Assembly: GCA_021613535.1 (NCBI GenBank)
Contig: CP075495.1
Coordinates: forward strand, 1,178,001 to 1,242,000
Reading direction: 5' to 3'
From: Adineta vaga
Lineage: Eukaryota; Animalia; Rotifera
DNA length: 64,000 nucleotides
The notes beneath the pieces are model-generated. The model searched no databases and was not told the origin of the DNA. It worked only from the letters and a program-made list of their open reading frames with translations. Below, piece after piece: positions 35,459 through 49,636 of the stretch (position 1 is the first letter of the stretch; every line of letters begins with the position of its first letter). The position numbers and the translations under genes are program-made.

Positions 35459-38400
35459 ATGTCTGTTCGAAAAAGTTCATTTGAATATCATGAAAATAGA
35501 CAAACATCGTCATTAACAAAACTCATACTTTTATCCCAACGAACTATTCGGTGAGAATTTTTCCCGATAGATCGTTTCGATAATTTCATTCATTTATTCA
35601 ATACAGATATACAATTCGCGTACGAATTTGTCGTTGTATTCCAGTAATTCTATGTGAATTAATCTTTCCATTAGTAATTCTTGGAATAATTATCTATTGT
35701 TCACATGATTTATTAAATACTAAAGAAACAAATGAAATTTTATCATCTTCATCAAATGAAACTGAAACATGTTTTGAAGATTTGCAAAAGAAATTTCAAT
35801 TCTATAATTTCGAAAATGATTGTCTTCAAATTGAACATAAAATCTATCAGAAACAATTTTCCAAAGTTAATTTAATTCTTCGTTTTTTAAATCAAACCAA
35901 TGAAAATAAAGATTTACTAAATATATTGATTCAAAGAATCAATAATCATTTACAATTTTGTAAATTAAAAGGCAAAACAAATTTTCTTCTTTGGAATCAT
36001 TTAAATAAGAATTCGATTCTATTTGATGAAGAAAATGGTTTCAATTTTATTATTGATATTCATCAATTGACTTCAATAATATTCTCGTATGATATTATTG
36101 TTCAAATGCCAAAAGAAAAGACTTTTCTCGAGAAAATTATACATAAAATTGATTTTTCATTTTTACAAAAACATCAACATCCTACTGAACAATTCGATTT
36201 ATTTTCCAAATCAAATCCTCCATTTTCAAATATCAAAATATTTCTTGATTCAATTGTAATAAGTATTTTATTAAACGAAAAAAAATCATTGATACCTTCA
36301 TGGACTTTCTCAAGAATAACTTGTACATCCTATCGTCATCATAGAACTATTCCAACACGTTGGTCTTTCATTCTAATCGAATATTCTCTATCCATTACAT
36401 ATCTTTTCTATTCATTCATTATCATTCATTTTATTCTTCAAGAAAAAAATATGAAAATAAAAGAAATCATTAAAATTATTCATATTCAACCATTGATTAA
36501 TTATCTTGCATGGACTTTAAGACCATTATTTATTCTTTCGATTATTACTATTCTTATAACAATAACATGGAAACTATCGATTAATGGTTGGATTATATTT
36601 AAATATGTATCCGCACCGATATTATTGTTTATATTGACGATATTAAATATTCAAATGATATCATTTTCTATATTAATGGGACAATTATTTAATTCAATGA
36701 GTCGATTATTTTTCTTTATAATTATTCTTTGGATTGTAATGAATATTTTAGCATTTCAAAATCTTGATTTAACCATTCAATTCATTTTATGTTTAAATCC
36801 ATATTATTCATTATTATGTGTTCTACGAAATGTATTTTTATTCGAAAGAGCAAAGAAAAACGTGACATTTTTTCAAGAACTTTATTCATGTACACCTTCG
36901 ATAGGAAATCTTATTTTTTATATAACTTTATCAATTCTATTTTCATGGATATTTATTTGGTATTGGGAAAAAGTTTATCCTGGTAGAAATTAATATAATT
37001 AAATTCGAATTATTTAGTTATTTATTTCCGCTTAGGTGAATATGGTATTGGTTTACCATGGACATTTCCATTTTCAATGAAATATTGGACATTCAATGTA
37101 AAGAAATCAAATTCTTTTCAAAGAAAAACTTTGAATCAGAATGATGAATTTATTATTGTGAAAATTCGATCACTTTGTAAATATTTTCCAGAAGCAAATC
37201 GAATTGCTGTAAATAATGTGGATTTTAATTTAAATAAAAATCAAATCACTGCACTTCTCGGACACAATGGAGCTGGTTTGTATAATTTCGTTTTTTTTCT
37301 TCTTTATATAGAATATTGAAAAACGAATAGTTAGGTAAAACAACGATAATGAATATGCTTTGTGGAATGTATGAACAAACAAGTGGATCAATTCAAATAT
37401 TTGATTATGATACACGAGAAGAGATGGATTATTTACGACAATTTATATCTTATTGTCCTCAACGTATGTGTATATGGTTGATTTGAGGAAATATATGAAG
37501 ATTTTTTTCTTTGTTTTCGAAGAGGATATTCTATTTGATCTGTTAACAGTTCAAGAACAAATTGAATTTTATGCAATTGCAAGAGGTTTGATTGATAAAT
37601 GAAATTAAATATACAAAGAATGAAAAATATTTGTAAAAAGGTTATTCACAAGATAAAGAAGATATTTGTTCTGATCTTCTTGAAGCTGTTAGTTTATCTG
37701 AAGATCGAAATGTTCTTTGTAAAAATCTATCTGGAGGAATGAAACGACGTTTATCAATTGCATGTGCATTTATTGGAAATACTAAATTTGTTCTTTTGGG
37801 TAAATCATTATTTGGAAATATTGCTATGTATCATTTGTATATTGTTTGTTTGTTAGATGAACCATCAAGTGGTCTTGATCCAGTTAATCGTCGTCTTTTA
37901 TGGTAGCTTTTCGGATATTGATTTCGTTCTGAAAAGTAAATGATTTCTATAGGTCATGGATTCGTTCAATGAAAGAAAGTCGAACAATTTTATTATCAAC
38001 TCATTTTATGGAAGAAGCAGATGCATTATCAGATCGAATAATTATTTTATCAAATGGAAAAATAGTTGCTAATGATACAAATAATGAATTGAAAAGAATA
38101 TATGGTACGGGTTATAAATTGATTTTAAATACTTTTAATGATGATAATAATGATGACATTTTTCAAATAATTAATCAAATTTTATTAAAATCAAAAATTG
38201 AAAGTGAAACAAATGATCAATTGATTATTCAAACCAATGAACAAGCATCGAATTTATTTATACAAGTTTTAAATCAATTAGAAATTTTAAAAGAAAAAAA
38301 ATTTATTTTAAATTATGGATTAACTAATACGACATTAGGTTAATTTCTTTTCAGATTTCGAATTATCATATAAGGAATTTATTTTTGTTTTAGATGAAGT

Positions 38401-41356
38401 TTATCTTCGAATTGCTATTGATGAAAATAATATTGAAGATGAAGAAGACAATGAGGAACTTATTGAAAACAATTGTTTTGATGTTTTTAATAACAAATTA
38501 ATTTATAATGATTATGAATATTATCTTAGTCAATATGAAGGTTTATTTATTAAATCATTTCGTATTGCTTATCGATCATATCTTATCTTTTTATTTATTT
38601 GTTCTTTATCATATTCAATGAAATTCTTAATAGAAAATAAAGATTATAGTAGAGAAATAATCTTTAATTTTGATGATTGGTCACATTTAAAACATCAAAA
38701 TGTATTTATAGCATTTGTAGAAAATGATTACGATCAAAAAACTTTAGATCATATGAAAAGTTTTATTCATCAATATTCACCATTAACACGATTATTCACT
38801 CTAAGAAATCTTACTACTCTTGCAGATTTGAATCAATTATTATTTAGTAAGTATTCACTATAGTACCCTACCGATCGGTCGTTCCGACCTCCAGAACCCA
38901 TATCATATACCAACGGCAGAACAGAACTGTCTTTTCGAGAATAACTCACTTGAGAAATAATGAAGAAAAAAATTTTTCAGATCCACAACCCAGATAGACC
39001 AATGCGCCAGGTGGCCATAAGACCGTAATAAAATTTGCAGCTTCCGACGGAATCCAATATAAATATGTCTTAGACAAACTTTTTTCACTTGTTATTGTAG
39101 CACATCGTCAATGGTCTGAAAATGCATATACTCAAGAATATTTTGGAATCTTATTTGAAACTAGTGAAATAATTTCAATATTAACATCTCATTTGATCAT
39201 TGGTTATGAACCATTTAGTTTAATTAGTCAATATTCATGTCATGGACAATGTTCGATATTAACTCGATTAAAATTTATAAAAAATCCTTCAAATAAATTC
39301 AATGACAAAACATTTCTTGATTTTTTAAAAAGTTTCTCAGTATTCAGTTGTTTTTATTTAATTTATCCTGGAGAATATACTCTATTCTATCTTGTAACAT
39401 ATTATTTTATCTATATTTATATAACAATATTACTTATCAATGAAGATCAACAATTTATAAAATTAATGAAAATCTTTGGTTTACATCCAATTATTTATTG
39501 GACAGGAAGATATATATTTGATTTGTTATTAACATTAGTTTATTCATGGATTATTTATTTCATATTTTCAATGAATAATCAAAAAGAATCAAATGAAAAT
39601 GAATCATCATTATCATTGAAACAAATTATGAATGAAAATAATAATGAAATTAAAAATCGATTTTTCTCATTAACATTTCTTATTGCTTCAACAACATTAC
39701 CAACTATTTATTTAATTACAAGTTTGTATTCTTTAGTTTCTTACGTATTCAGTAGTTTGTTTTTTCAGAATTCATCAAAAATGATCTTATTGGAGGTATA
39801 TTAATATATTTTCTTTTAATATTAATTGAAATCTTTGATTTAATTCGAATTCTTATTCTATTAATTGTTAAAAATACGAATCGATATAAGATGATCTATT
39901 GGATAATGAATATTGTCTTACCACCATTGAATAGTAAACGTTTAATAGCAATTTTATTAAAAAGTTCAACAAGACGTCTTTGTCAAATTCTTGAAAATGA
40001 TCAAACACTTTTATCAAAAATTGGAATCATTCAACAGGAGAATAAAGATGATTTTTTTAAACATTTATTCATTAGTTTTATTCAAATGTTTCTTTTATTT
40101 TTCATTCTTTGTTTAATTGATATTGGTTTTCTTACAATGAAAGCAAAGAACTTCGAATTTGATGACGATGATGATGATGATGATGAAATTGATGATGATG
40201 TTCTTAATGAACGAACGAATCTATTATCAAATAGAGATGATTATTTAAATGAACCACTTCTATGTCTGGATATTGTTAAAAAATATCCACAAAAATTCAA
40301 TTTAGCAATTGATCATTTGACATTTCATGTTCAACGTGGACAATGTTTTGGTCTTCTTGGATTCAATGGCGCTGGTTTGTTTTGTTTTTCAATATAAATT
40401 ATATTCTCGTTGTTAAATTCAGGTAAAACATCATTATTTAAAATAATTGTTGGCGATGAAAAAGTAACGAATGGTTCAATTTATATCAATGGAAAATGCT
40501 ATGAAAAATTTACTGATGGCATTTGTAGAGATATTGGATATTGTCCACAATATGATTGTATTGTAGATAAATTAACATTAGAAGATTATCTTTATTTATT
40601 TGCACGTTTACGTGGAATTCATCATTCGAAACTTGAAGAAACTATTCAAGCTATTTCACAATTATTTCTCTTAGATTTTTATCGAAAACAATATCTTAAA
40701 CAATGTAGTGGTGGAACAATTCGAAGAATGCATGCTGCTTTAGCTTGTATTGGTTCACCTTCGATTATACTTTTAGGTTTGATATTGAACAATTAAAAAT
40801 ATATGATCATAGTAATTCTATCTTTTTCGTTGTTGTAGATGAACCAACAACAGGTAATTATTCGTATTTATATTCACATTTTAAATTGTATAATCAATTT
40901 TGTAAAGGTGTTGATCCATATAGTCGTCGTCAAATGCGTCGTATCTTTGAATATGCATTGAATTGTGATTTAACAATCATTTTAACATCTCATTCAATGG
41001 AAGAATGTGAAATCTTATGTTCACGTCTTGGTATTATGTCTGCAGGACAATTTAAATGTTTAGGAAATATTCAAAATTTAAAACAAAAATTCGGAAATAT
41101 TTATACGATATCAATCAAATTCCAATCAAATTTTCATTCAGATCAATTTAAAGAATTAACAATCTATTTGAAAACTTCTATTCGTACACAAATTTACAAT
41201 CAAACAGATACAACAATTATCTATCGTGTTGAACATTCTTCACCAGCGAAATTATTTCATTTAATCGAAGAAATTAAAGACAAATATTTTATCGAAACAT
41301 ATTCTATTCAACAAATGACATTAGAACAAATTTTTATTTATTTACAGAATCATTAA
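35459..41356 (+). CDS. ABC transporter subfamily A, multi-exon full transporter
   Basis: N-terminal ELIFP. NBD1: GHNGAG|[14 protein letters not shown]|[22 protein letters not shown]2: GFNGAG|[36 protein letters not shown]. Many GT-AG introns. Confidence 0.92.
40161..40200 (+). repeat. (GAT)n poly-Asp tract in ABCA
   Basis: gatgacgatgatgatgatgatgatgaaattgatgatgat. Confidence 0.8.
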
Positions 41357-41770
41357 AAATTTCTATAGAAATGAAATCAAAGTCTTTTTGTTTTCCTTAT
41401 AAAAGTAGGCCAAACTTTGAGGACATTTTCTTGAAAAATTCTTTTCTTTATAAAAAGTGCAAACATGAAAAAAGGAAAACGCTGAGAAGATTTCTAAAGA
41501 ATCACTTTCATTCTTTCTGTATGTAGATACAATTGAAAAGTGAGTGTCACATCTGTTATTCTAACAGATTGTAGTATAATTTGCGATCGATAGTGAATAG
41601 ATAATTAACTTGATCAAATAGATTTAAAACGACTTTCTTTGTTTAAAGAATGTTCTTTTTTCTCATCATCGATTTTGTTTTTTTTTGTATAATGGGAAAA
41701 TGATATTTGTACGTGTCGAAATTTTATTTTTTATTTTGAAAATATAAAATGAAAGACAAAGTCGTCACGT

Positions 41771-44443
41771 TCAATCTTCTAAAGGTACTTGATATCGATG
41801 AAGACAAATTGAAAATGGTTCAATGGAAAATTTCTTCATCCAAAATTGTTCATTATCAATTGTTTTCAAATTTTCTCTTCTTCGCTTTTTCGAAGAATAT
41901 GATAAAAGAGAAGTTCGACGACGACGACGGCGCTGATTTTTTTTCACACTTTTGTTTTCCAATGAAATATTTTCTTCACTTACTTCGGCTTCTTTTGTTT
42001 CCGTTACACTCATTTCAAATTCATTCTGTTGATCAATAATCTCAGAAATATCATTGATTTCTTTGGGAATATCATTGGGTAGATGTGAACTTTCATTATC
42101 ATTGGATAGAGAATTATCAACAATAGTTTCTTCTTGAGCAGCAGCAGCAGAAGGAGGAGAAGGTTCAACAGATTTGATGGATTCTTGTTCAATATTTACA
42201 TTTGATGTCAATATTTCTTCGGTAGTCTTTGTCACTGGAATATCAATCAATGGTATTTCATCCACTACTTTCTCTTTTTCGACGATTTGATCACCTAATA
42301 GAAAGGATTTATCAGTACTATTCAAAGCATTTCCTATCATATTTTGTTTTGTATGATGTGAGAAAAACTAGAATCGATTTTTTCGAAATAAATTTACTTT
42401 GAGGAGGATCATGTGTGGATACTTGTGTAGTTGGTAAAAGTTCTTTAAGAATAAAATTCCAATGATTTTCTAATTCTTGAATATTAACTAAACGTAACGA
42501 TGAATCATAATCTGTTGATTTATCAGGTTTAAATCTTGTTATTTGTTTCGTTCGACATATCTGTATGAATTCATCAATAGTTGACCATGGAAAATAGATT
42601 GAAACAATATCTTTAATTGCTAAACATGCAATTGTATTATGATCTTTTTCATTAACATTCATTGACGATGTTGTACAATAGGAAAGAATTTCTTTTCCAT
42701 GAAAAATAATCGCTCGACAAAATGAACTACTTGTTTCGTTTTTTCTCGATAAAACATTTTTCTAAACATGAAATTTTTTATTACTATGCAAAATATGAAG
42801 ACACACTTACAGATGAATCATACATGGTATTAATAACTGCTTTTTCTTTATCTGAAATTGAAATGAATACTATCAATACACAAATGTCAATAACAATGAA
42901 TATATGCTATTGTAATCTTTTAGTTCTTTTTCCTTATCTCTTCTCTTATACAGATGGGAAAGTTCTCACATGTAGGAATAAAACCCACTGTTTTGCAATT
43001 GGTAGTTAAAATCGATGTAATTATTATGAACAGAGTATATAAGCTACTACTCGTGAGCGAAGATGAGAAGTCGAATAGAAACGTTCGCCTTTCGCAACTA
43101 CTTCTTATTACTATAAGAATACGCTAAATAGATGAAAACTCGTTTTCATTCTTCACGATAGAGATTTGGATCTAGAGTCTCAACTTATCATGATTCGAAT
43201 TTTACGAAAGATTTAGTAGGAGTTAGAAAGTCAAATGTGTGTTTTTCTTTTGTGTGGATAAAACATGAAGTAGGTCTATAAACAAGCATTTGTCAAGGTG
43301 AGAACGCTAAGCGAACGGAAAGTTTAGAAAGATAAGAAGTTTTGTGCTTTTTTTATGTTTATAACAAAGCCATATTTATCAGCACCTGTTGATCATTTGC
43401 AGGAGATCCTGTAACAAATAAAAGACACACTAACTTTTGCATCTCCGACACATCACACTAGATATACGAGAACATTGATTGAAAGATTTCTATCTTATCG
43501 TTAGTTTTAGCATATCGACTAGAATGAATAACGAAAATCAAGATGAATACCTGCGATAGATTTCTTAGATAACAATGGTGACGATGACGATGATGATGAT
43601 GATGATGAATGAGATGAAAGCCACAAGTGATTCGAATTAGTAAATTGAGCAGTTGAACATAAAAACTGATAAAATTTCGTAAATGAATTCAATGGTATTA
43701 TAGATATTGAATCTAATTTCGAATAATTTAATTGATTACGAATTGAAAGTGTTCCATTCGAATGAAATGAATTGATATAATGCAAAAGTTCTCCTTCATG
43801 AGCTGTCAATGAATATTGAACAACAGGATATTTTGTCATACAATAAGATAAAGTTTCGGACGAAAAACGAGATAATAAATGCAATTTTACCATTTGAGCA
43901 CATAAATATTCTTCTCGACTAGCATGTCTTAAAGAAAAAAGTGGTTTGTCATCATAAGTTGAAAAAATAGATGCGAAAAAGCTTTCTTAAGCATTTCTTA
44001 GCAAAAAATTAACGAGTTTCAATTTTAAATTGATCGTGATATTTGTCCCCTCCTCGAAATGTCTTCATGGAAGTGTTTCAATCATCGTTTTATGTAAAAA
44101 GAAAGAGAGAAAAACAGCACGTTTCCTTGACAATATTAATATTTTTATGATCGACTGAGTACAACTTGCATGAAAAGAAGAGAGAAGAAGAAAAAAAAAC
44201 CCGACAAAAGAAAACTTACCGGAATATAACGGGTAAAAAAACTTTCGAAGGAATAATTTGACGCCATGCAAATTGTCGCAGGCGAGATGTGATATCCATT
44301 GATTTCATATCCAAAAATTTCTCATTAAGACTTTTACAAGTCAATAATAGACGATTATTTACTGGATATTTGGATAATTTTAATCGTTTAGGATTGTGTA
44401 ATAATCCATCGGATTTTATTGATTGATGATGTTCGGACAACAT
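41771..44443 (-). CDS. Hypothetical multi-exon protein with acidic tail and basic NLS-like cluster
   Basis: Co-oriented ORF pieces (44443-44220, ~43920-43550, ~42760-42400, ~42300-41771) bounded by GT/AG; RRRRRR...KKRRR near the C-terminus. Exact splicing is uncertain. Confidence 0.55.
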
Positions 44444-47400
44444 TGAGAAGGTTCTTTTATCTAAAACTCGACTATATATTTTTAAGATATAGATGATTTC
44501 ATTCGATGCACTCTTTTTGATGAATCATTTATTAGTCAAATAACAATAAGGGCTTATCAGATAGAAAGAAAAAAACATCGACATGTTTGTTTATGATAGT
44601 AACATTTAGTTGCAAGAATTGAAAAATCGCGTTTTTTTTAAAGGAACATTGTTTTATAATGGTGAATTTTCGATAGTTGTACAATATCGATGAAGATAGA
44701 TCGTTCGGTTATAAATATAATCAAAGCAATAGAAATCGAGAAAACAGTGTTTTTTGAAGTTATTTTACTTACATATAAATATGAAAAAAAAACAACGACG
44801 GAGAGTAATACACACTGAGAAGGACGAATGTCGATAAAAGGAATAAGCAAGTAAATGTATCGTGCATAGAATACAGCGGAAGAAATAGAGAAGGGTTTGT
44901 ATGAAAGCAAGAAGAATAACGTAAAGAAAAAAAAATGGAGAGAAGGAGAATCGTGTATGCCACCATATGCGGATAAAGTGACGAATAAAAGAGAGACAAC
45001 AATTATTTTCCTATATTAGTATGATTACTTTTTTTGCTGACTAAAACAATTCTATTATAATTGATAATAATTTTTTTTAAACCAAATGTCATTTTCATGG
45101 ACGAGTTAACAACAAGCAAGAGAAAGGGATGTAAAAATAAAATAATGTTCTCACATAAATATTTACTTGAAAAGACATCTGACATGCTTGTAGTTCGATT
45201 AAAAGTAAAAGGAAAAAGAAAAAGAAACAAGCATACGTATACCCCCGTTGTCATAGCATCTTATTCTATTTAGACACGTTTCTCCTTCAAGGCTACAGCA
45301 AACAATGCATACGATAGACGATGTAATAAATATATCCATCAAGAATCAATGTTATCTTTCGTCATAGAATTATTTGCACCTGACAAACAAAAAAAACCAT
45401 CAAACTTTGTATGCTTCTTATCGGCTATAGGAAAAGTCATAAATAATTTCATGGTAAATATTCGTGATTTATAGTGGGCGTAGAAAATATACCATGCGTA
45501 GGTTTGAACTTATTACACTTCATTTAAACTCACTAAAATATCCATGTTTTTTCTTTATGTAGATTATAACTAAATACTTTGAGAGATTGATTTTGTGTAC
45601 CATTTGACCTCGGAGACTCGAAAAGTCTTAATACTATTTGCAGGGTATATAGAAACATTAGCAAACGAGTAATAATGTACAAAATAGGCAGCTTGGCTGT
45701 CAGTCGTGCTAATGTGGGTCTTGACAATATTAAGAATGCGTACGTTTCAACAAAATATGATGATCTATGCGAAATGTATACTTTATAGTTATATCAATTG
45801 TCATAATTCAAGAAACTAGATAATTCTACTACAATGGATTTATTTCAGTTTCATCTATAATAATTCTTCAATGATTCACGTATTTCCACGTAATTTATAG
45901 ATAGTAATTAGTTTTTCACTTTGCATTCTTATTCATGTTTTTAAGTGCAAATGAAAAATTGCAATAACTTTCTAAATAATTGTTATCGTCACATCATATA
46001 ATAAACTACGTCAAGAAAGATTTCACCTATGAAATAAATTCTCATTGTTTTCTTTTTCTATTTCTTATGTTCTTAATTTTGAAAAGTGACAAGCGTAATA
46101 GATGATTTTCTTGTCATTAACTGACAGATATTCCCGTCAAATATGAACTGATTTCTAAGAATAGTATCGCTTTTTTATGCAAAGTACTGAATTATATCTC
46201 TCGTATTTCATTAAAAATGCACTACACAGAAGGCAGAACTAAGAAACCATCTCCATGGCAACTAGTTGTATTTAAAATTTTGATGTTTTTTTTTAAACAT
46301 CGTTGTTAGCGATCGATTATATCTATCTGTATATATTCTTTGATTCTCGTTCATATCTATATTGACGAACCATATTCTATTATATTGTTCATAGCATATA
46401 TACAGCGAAAAAATGAGACTAGTTCGGAAATGAAAATATATTCAGTCAATGCAAAACTAAGTAAATAAAATATACTTTAGAAACTCAAAATCATCCCATC
46501 TACCTACCATATTTTCTCTCGATGACTGATCTATATTCAAAAATATGTCAATCTGTTTACGGTCATAATTATGAAATAATACGATGCGCTTTTTCTTCGT
46601 TCTTTTTCCTCACCTATATGTGAAGCAATTACTACAGGCAAAATAGATTTAGGTCAGAAAAATCTTTTGCGTTGCCGAATTGATAGTATCCTTGGAAATA
46701 CAGTACCCAGATTATGAATCTATAAAGAAAGATTTCATCGCCTCGAACGACTTTCATTATAATTTGAAATATTTCTGTATGAATTCAAGAAGATTGTATG
46801 AGTAGCCTTCGGTAGTTTATTGTCTGGCTTATTCTCATTTGCAAACGCATCTGATTTCAGATTTACAAGAAGCGATGTTTTTCTTATCTGATATTGCTAT
46901 CTTCAAGTGTAAGGAAGAATAAAAGAGAAAATGACAATATAGTTAGAGTCGGTAAATGGATAGACATCCTCTCATTTATTAACAGCTCTGAAACTTTACA
47001 CTGGTATCAGATTGGTCGATCTATCTATACGCTTGTTCTAGTTCAAGTCAACTTTTCCAACTATGATTATGTGACAATTCTGACTTCGTTAAGTACAAAA
47101 CTAATATTTGTCATTTAAGTATCATTCGGTGGAATCATCGGATAAGTCTTAAATATAAGAGCGGCGAACAGAAATAAAAGAGGATAAGTACTGAATATAT
47201 TATGGTACTTACAAAAATGAAAGTAAGATAGTGTAGCATACGATTAACAAGATGCATCAGGAATGATAAGCGCGTGTTCTTTTTATGGCATAAGCTTCAG
47301 TGCAAATAGGAAGAAAGAAAAGCGGAGGAAGGGAAAAAGAAGTATATGTCACGAACAAATATCGTGGTCTAAAAAGAAAAGAGGAAGTGTGGAATCATTT

Positions 47401-47718
47401 GGATTATTACAGGCCAGCCTTTATCATCAGAATATTTTAGCACGATTTGTTTTTCTGATTATTTAAAATATGATATATTCACGTCAAGCACATATAGTCG
47501 TAAATCATCGCGAACGACTATTGTACACATAACTTGAGTAATTTACAGCAAAATATATAAATTATCGCTGAAAACAGCTAAAAGTACAAATATTATTTAC
47601 GAGCCTTCATTTCGTTCTTTTCCACACATAATCTGCATGTACTCAATGTAGCTGCTATTCTTTAGCTTATATTATATCTCAACTATGCAGAATAATATGT
47701 ATTTTTCTTCGCTGAAAA

Positions 47719-47931
47719 GAAGGTCATGTGAAAAAAACGTTTGTGTCAGGGTCAAAGGTCAAAAAAACATTTTCTTCAAAAGCACCTTTTAAGATTGAAA
47801 AGCGGCAGAAGGATGAGAGTGAAATAATAATGGGGAAGGGGCCATAGGGAATGATTAAAGGTCATGCAACATAAAGATGTTGTGCCATGTATCTCATCAA
47901 TATTTTCTGACGAAGCAAAAATCGAAGGTCA
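47719..47931 (+). promoter_or_regulatory. Cluster of nuclear-receptor half-sites including a DR1
   Basis: AGGTCA at 47721, 47756, 47859 and 47926; GGGTCA-A-AGGTCA at 47749-47761. Confidence 0.4.
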
Positions 47932-49636
47932 TAAAGTTGAGTCAAGATGTCGTTTGGTATTTCTAGTACGATTCGACTTAGGCGAACTTAAATATAGATT
48001 ATTAGTAACTCATTGTAATGTGGTATTTATATTTGTTTAACATGTAGAAAAAATTCTCTAATCCGTTGGATCATAGTTAGTTTCAAGCAAAATGAATAAT
48101 AATCGCCTAGGGTAACTTAATATGATAAATGTGCATCATTCTCTGAGTGAGAGGAATTGAAATTCTAATGAAATATGTGGAAGATTCTGAGTTACGATCT
48201 ATTTATTTATATATAATGATACATTGCTACTCTCAGGACGCGACAAGTCAAACCTTTTCTTGATTCGAATTTTTCCTAAGCCGTTTTTTGAAATCCAATG
48301 TCGAGCAGATCCGGTTTTTCTTATCAATCTAGAAGTTAGTTCACGAGCAGGGTATCATTTGATATATATATATAGGTCGATAGATGTACTCAACTCAGTA
48401 GCGTCGACTACAGAGAATAAATAAGGAGCTATACGAATGTGTCATAAATGAATAAATAGCAAGAAAGCTAACAAGGAACCGTACACTTTTTAGCGATGTA
48501 TGTTGTATAAGAATATCTATACATCTCATATGTATATTCTAAGAAATGCTCGTTAATTTCACTCAGTGTTTATAGAAAAAGTATTATTACACTTAAGTTT
48601 GAGAAATACAACTGAGGAGGAAGTTTTATATAGAAACGTTGCGAATGATATTATGAGACCACTTAGAGTTGTCAGTCATTGCTGAAAAATTTCCGGATGA
48701 TGTTATAATACATATATATTTCTACGAATCCTGCTGTGAGTACACAGTACTGCATTAGCATTAATGTGCCTCGGACCGGCTGAAGCTTTTATTCTTAACG
48801 TTCAAATGGAAATTATTTTCACTGAGAAGTCGAATCGTTTGAAACTTTCTTGAAACGTTACATTTCTCATTTATTGGACTTGGCGTAATTAATAGATGGT
48901 CATCAGATATCCGATACTTATATAATATTTTTTAGGATGTCTTGCACTCAATGGCGCAACCAGGGTAGAGACAAATGGACAATTGGCCATTACATTTTGA
49001 GCTTTGCCCATTCAAATTTTACTTCTTAAAATTGATATATGGGTTCATCAGTTCGATAGCAGCTATATTTTTTCCTCTTGATTTTGATATTTGATTTAAA
49101 GCATAAATGTTGCAAAACATAAAAAATATGCCAATAATCATTCGACTTTAGCCTGAGATTTCTGTACAATACAGTTTCATTAAAAGAACTTTATCCCGTT
49201 TCATTACGATTCTGCTTATTGAGCATTTTTTGCATATTGATAAAACAATTTCGACCCATCGTCTCTTTCTTACCTAAGTGATATCTGCTCGACGCATTAC
49301 CCTCCTTTCAGTAGATGGAATAAATTACCCATTAAAGTGCGAATACAGTGTAAGCTACAGAAGATAAAATTTTGTTTACAGCTGTAGGTTGAGGATAACA
49401 AAGACAACCATGCGGCAAATTTGCTATGCATGGGCGGATTTAGCTGTTCGACGAGCTGGCAACCATCATTCACTCCTGAATATTTCCCACTGTTTTCTCA
49501 TGAAAAACGAAAAAGAAGGATTGTACTTTTGAAAATAATTTTTTTGTATAAACGAAGACCTGTTATGGTCAAAGATATGGGAGAATATATGAAGTGGTTT
49601 TCTGAAATTGGAAACGAGCGCTATTTGTCAATAATA

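Noticed and set aside
44450-49600. Short ORFs of 60-90 aa in the intergenic stretch
   Set aside because: Low-complexity F/L/I/K-rich translations typical of AT-rich non-coding DNA.
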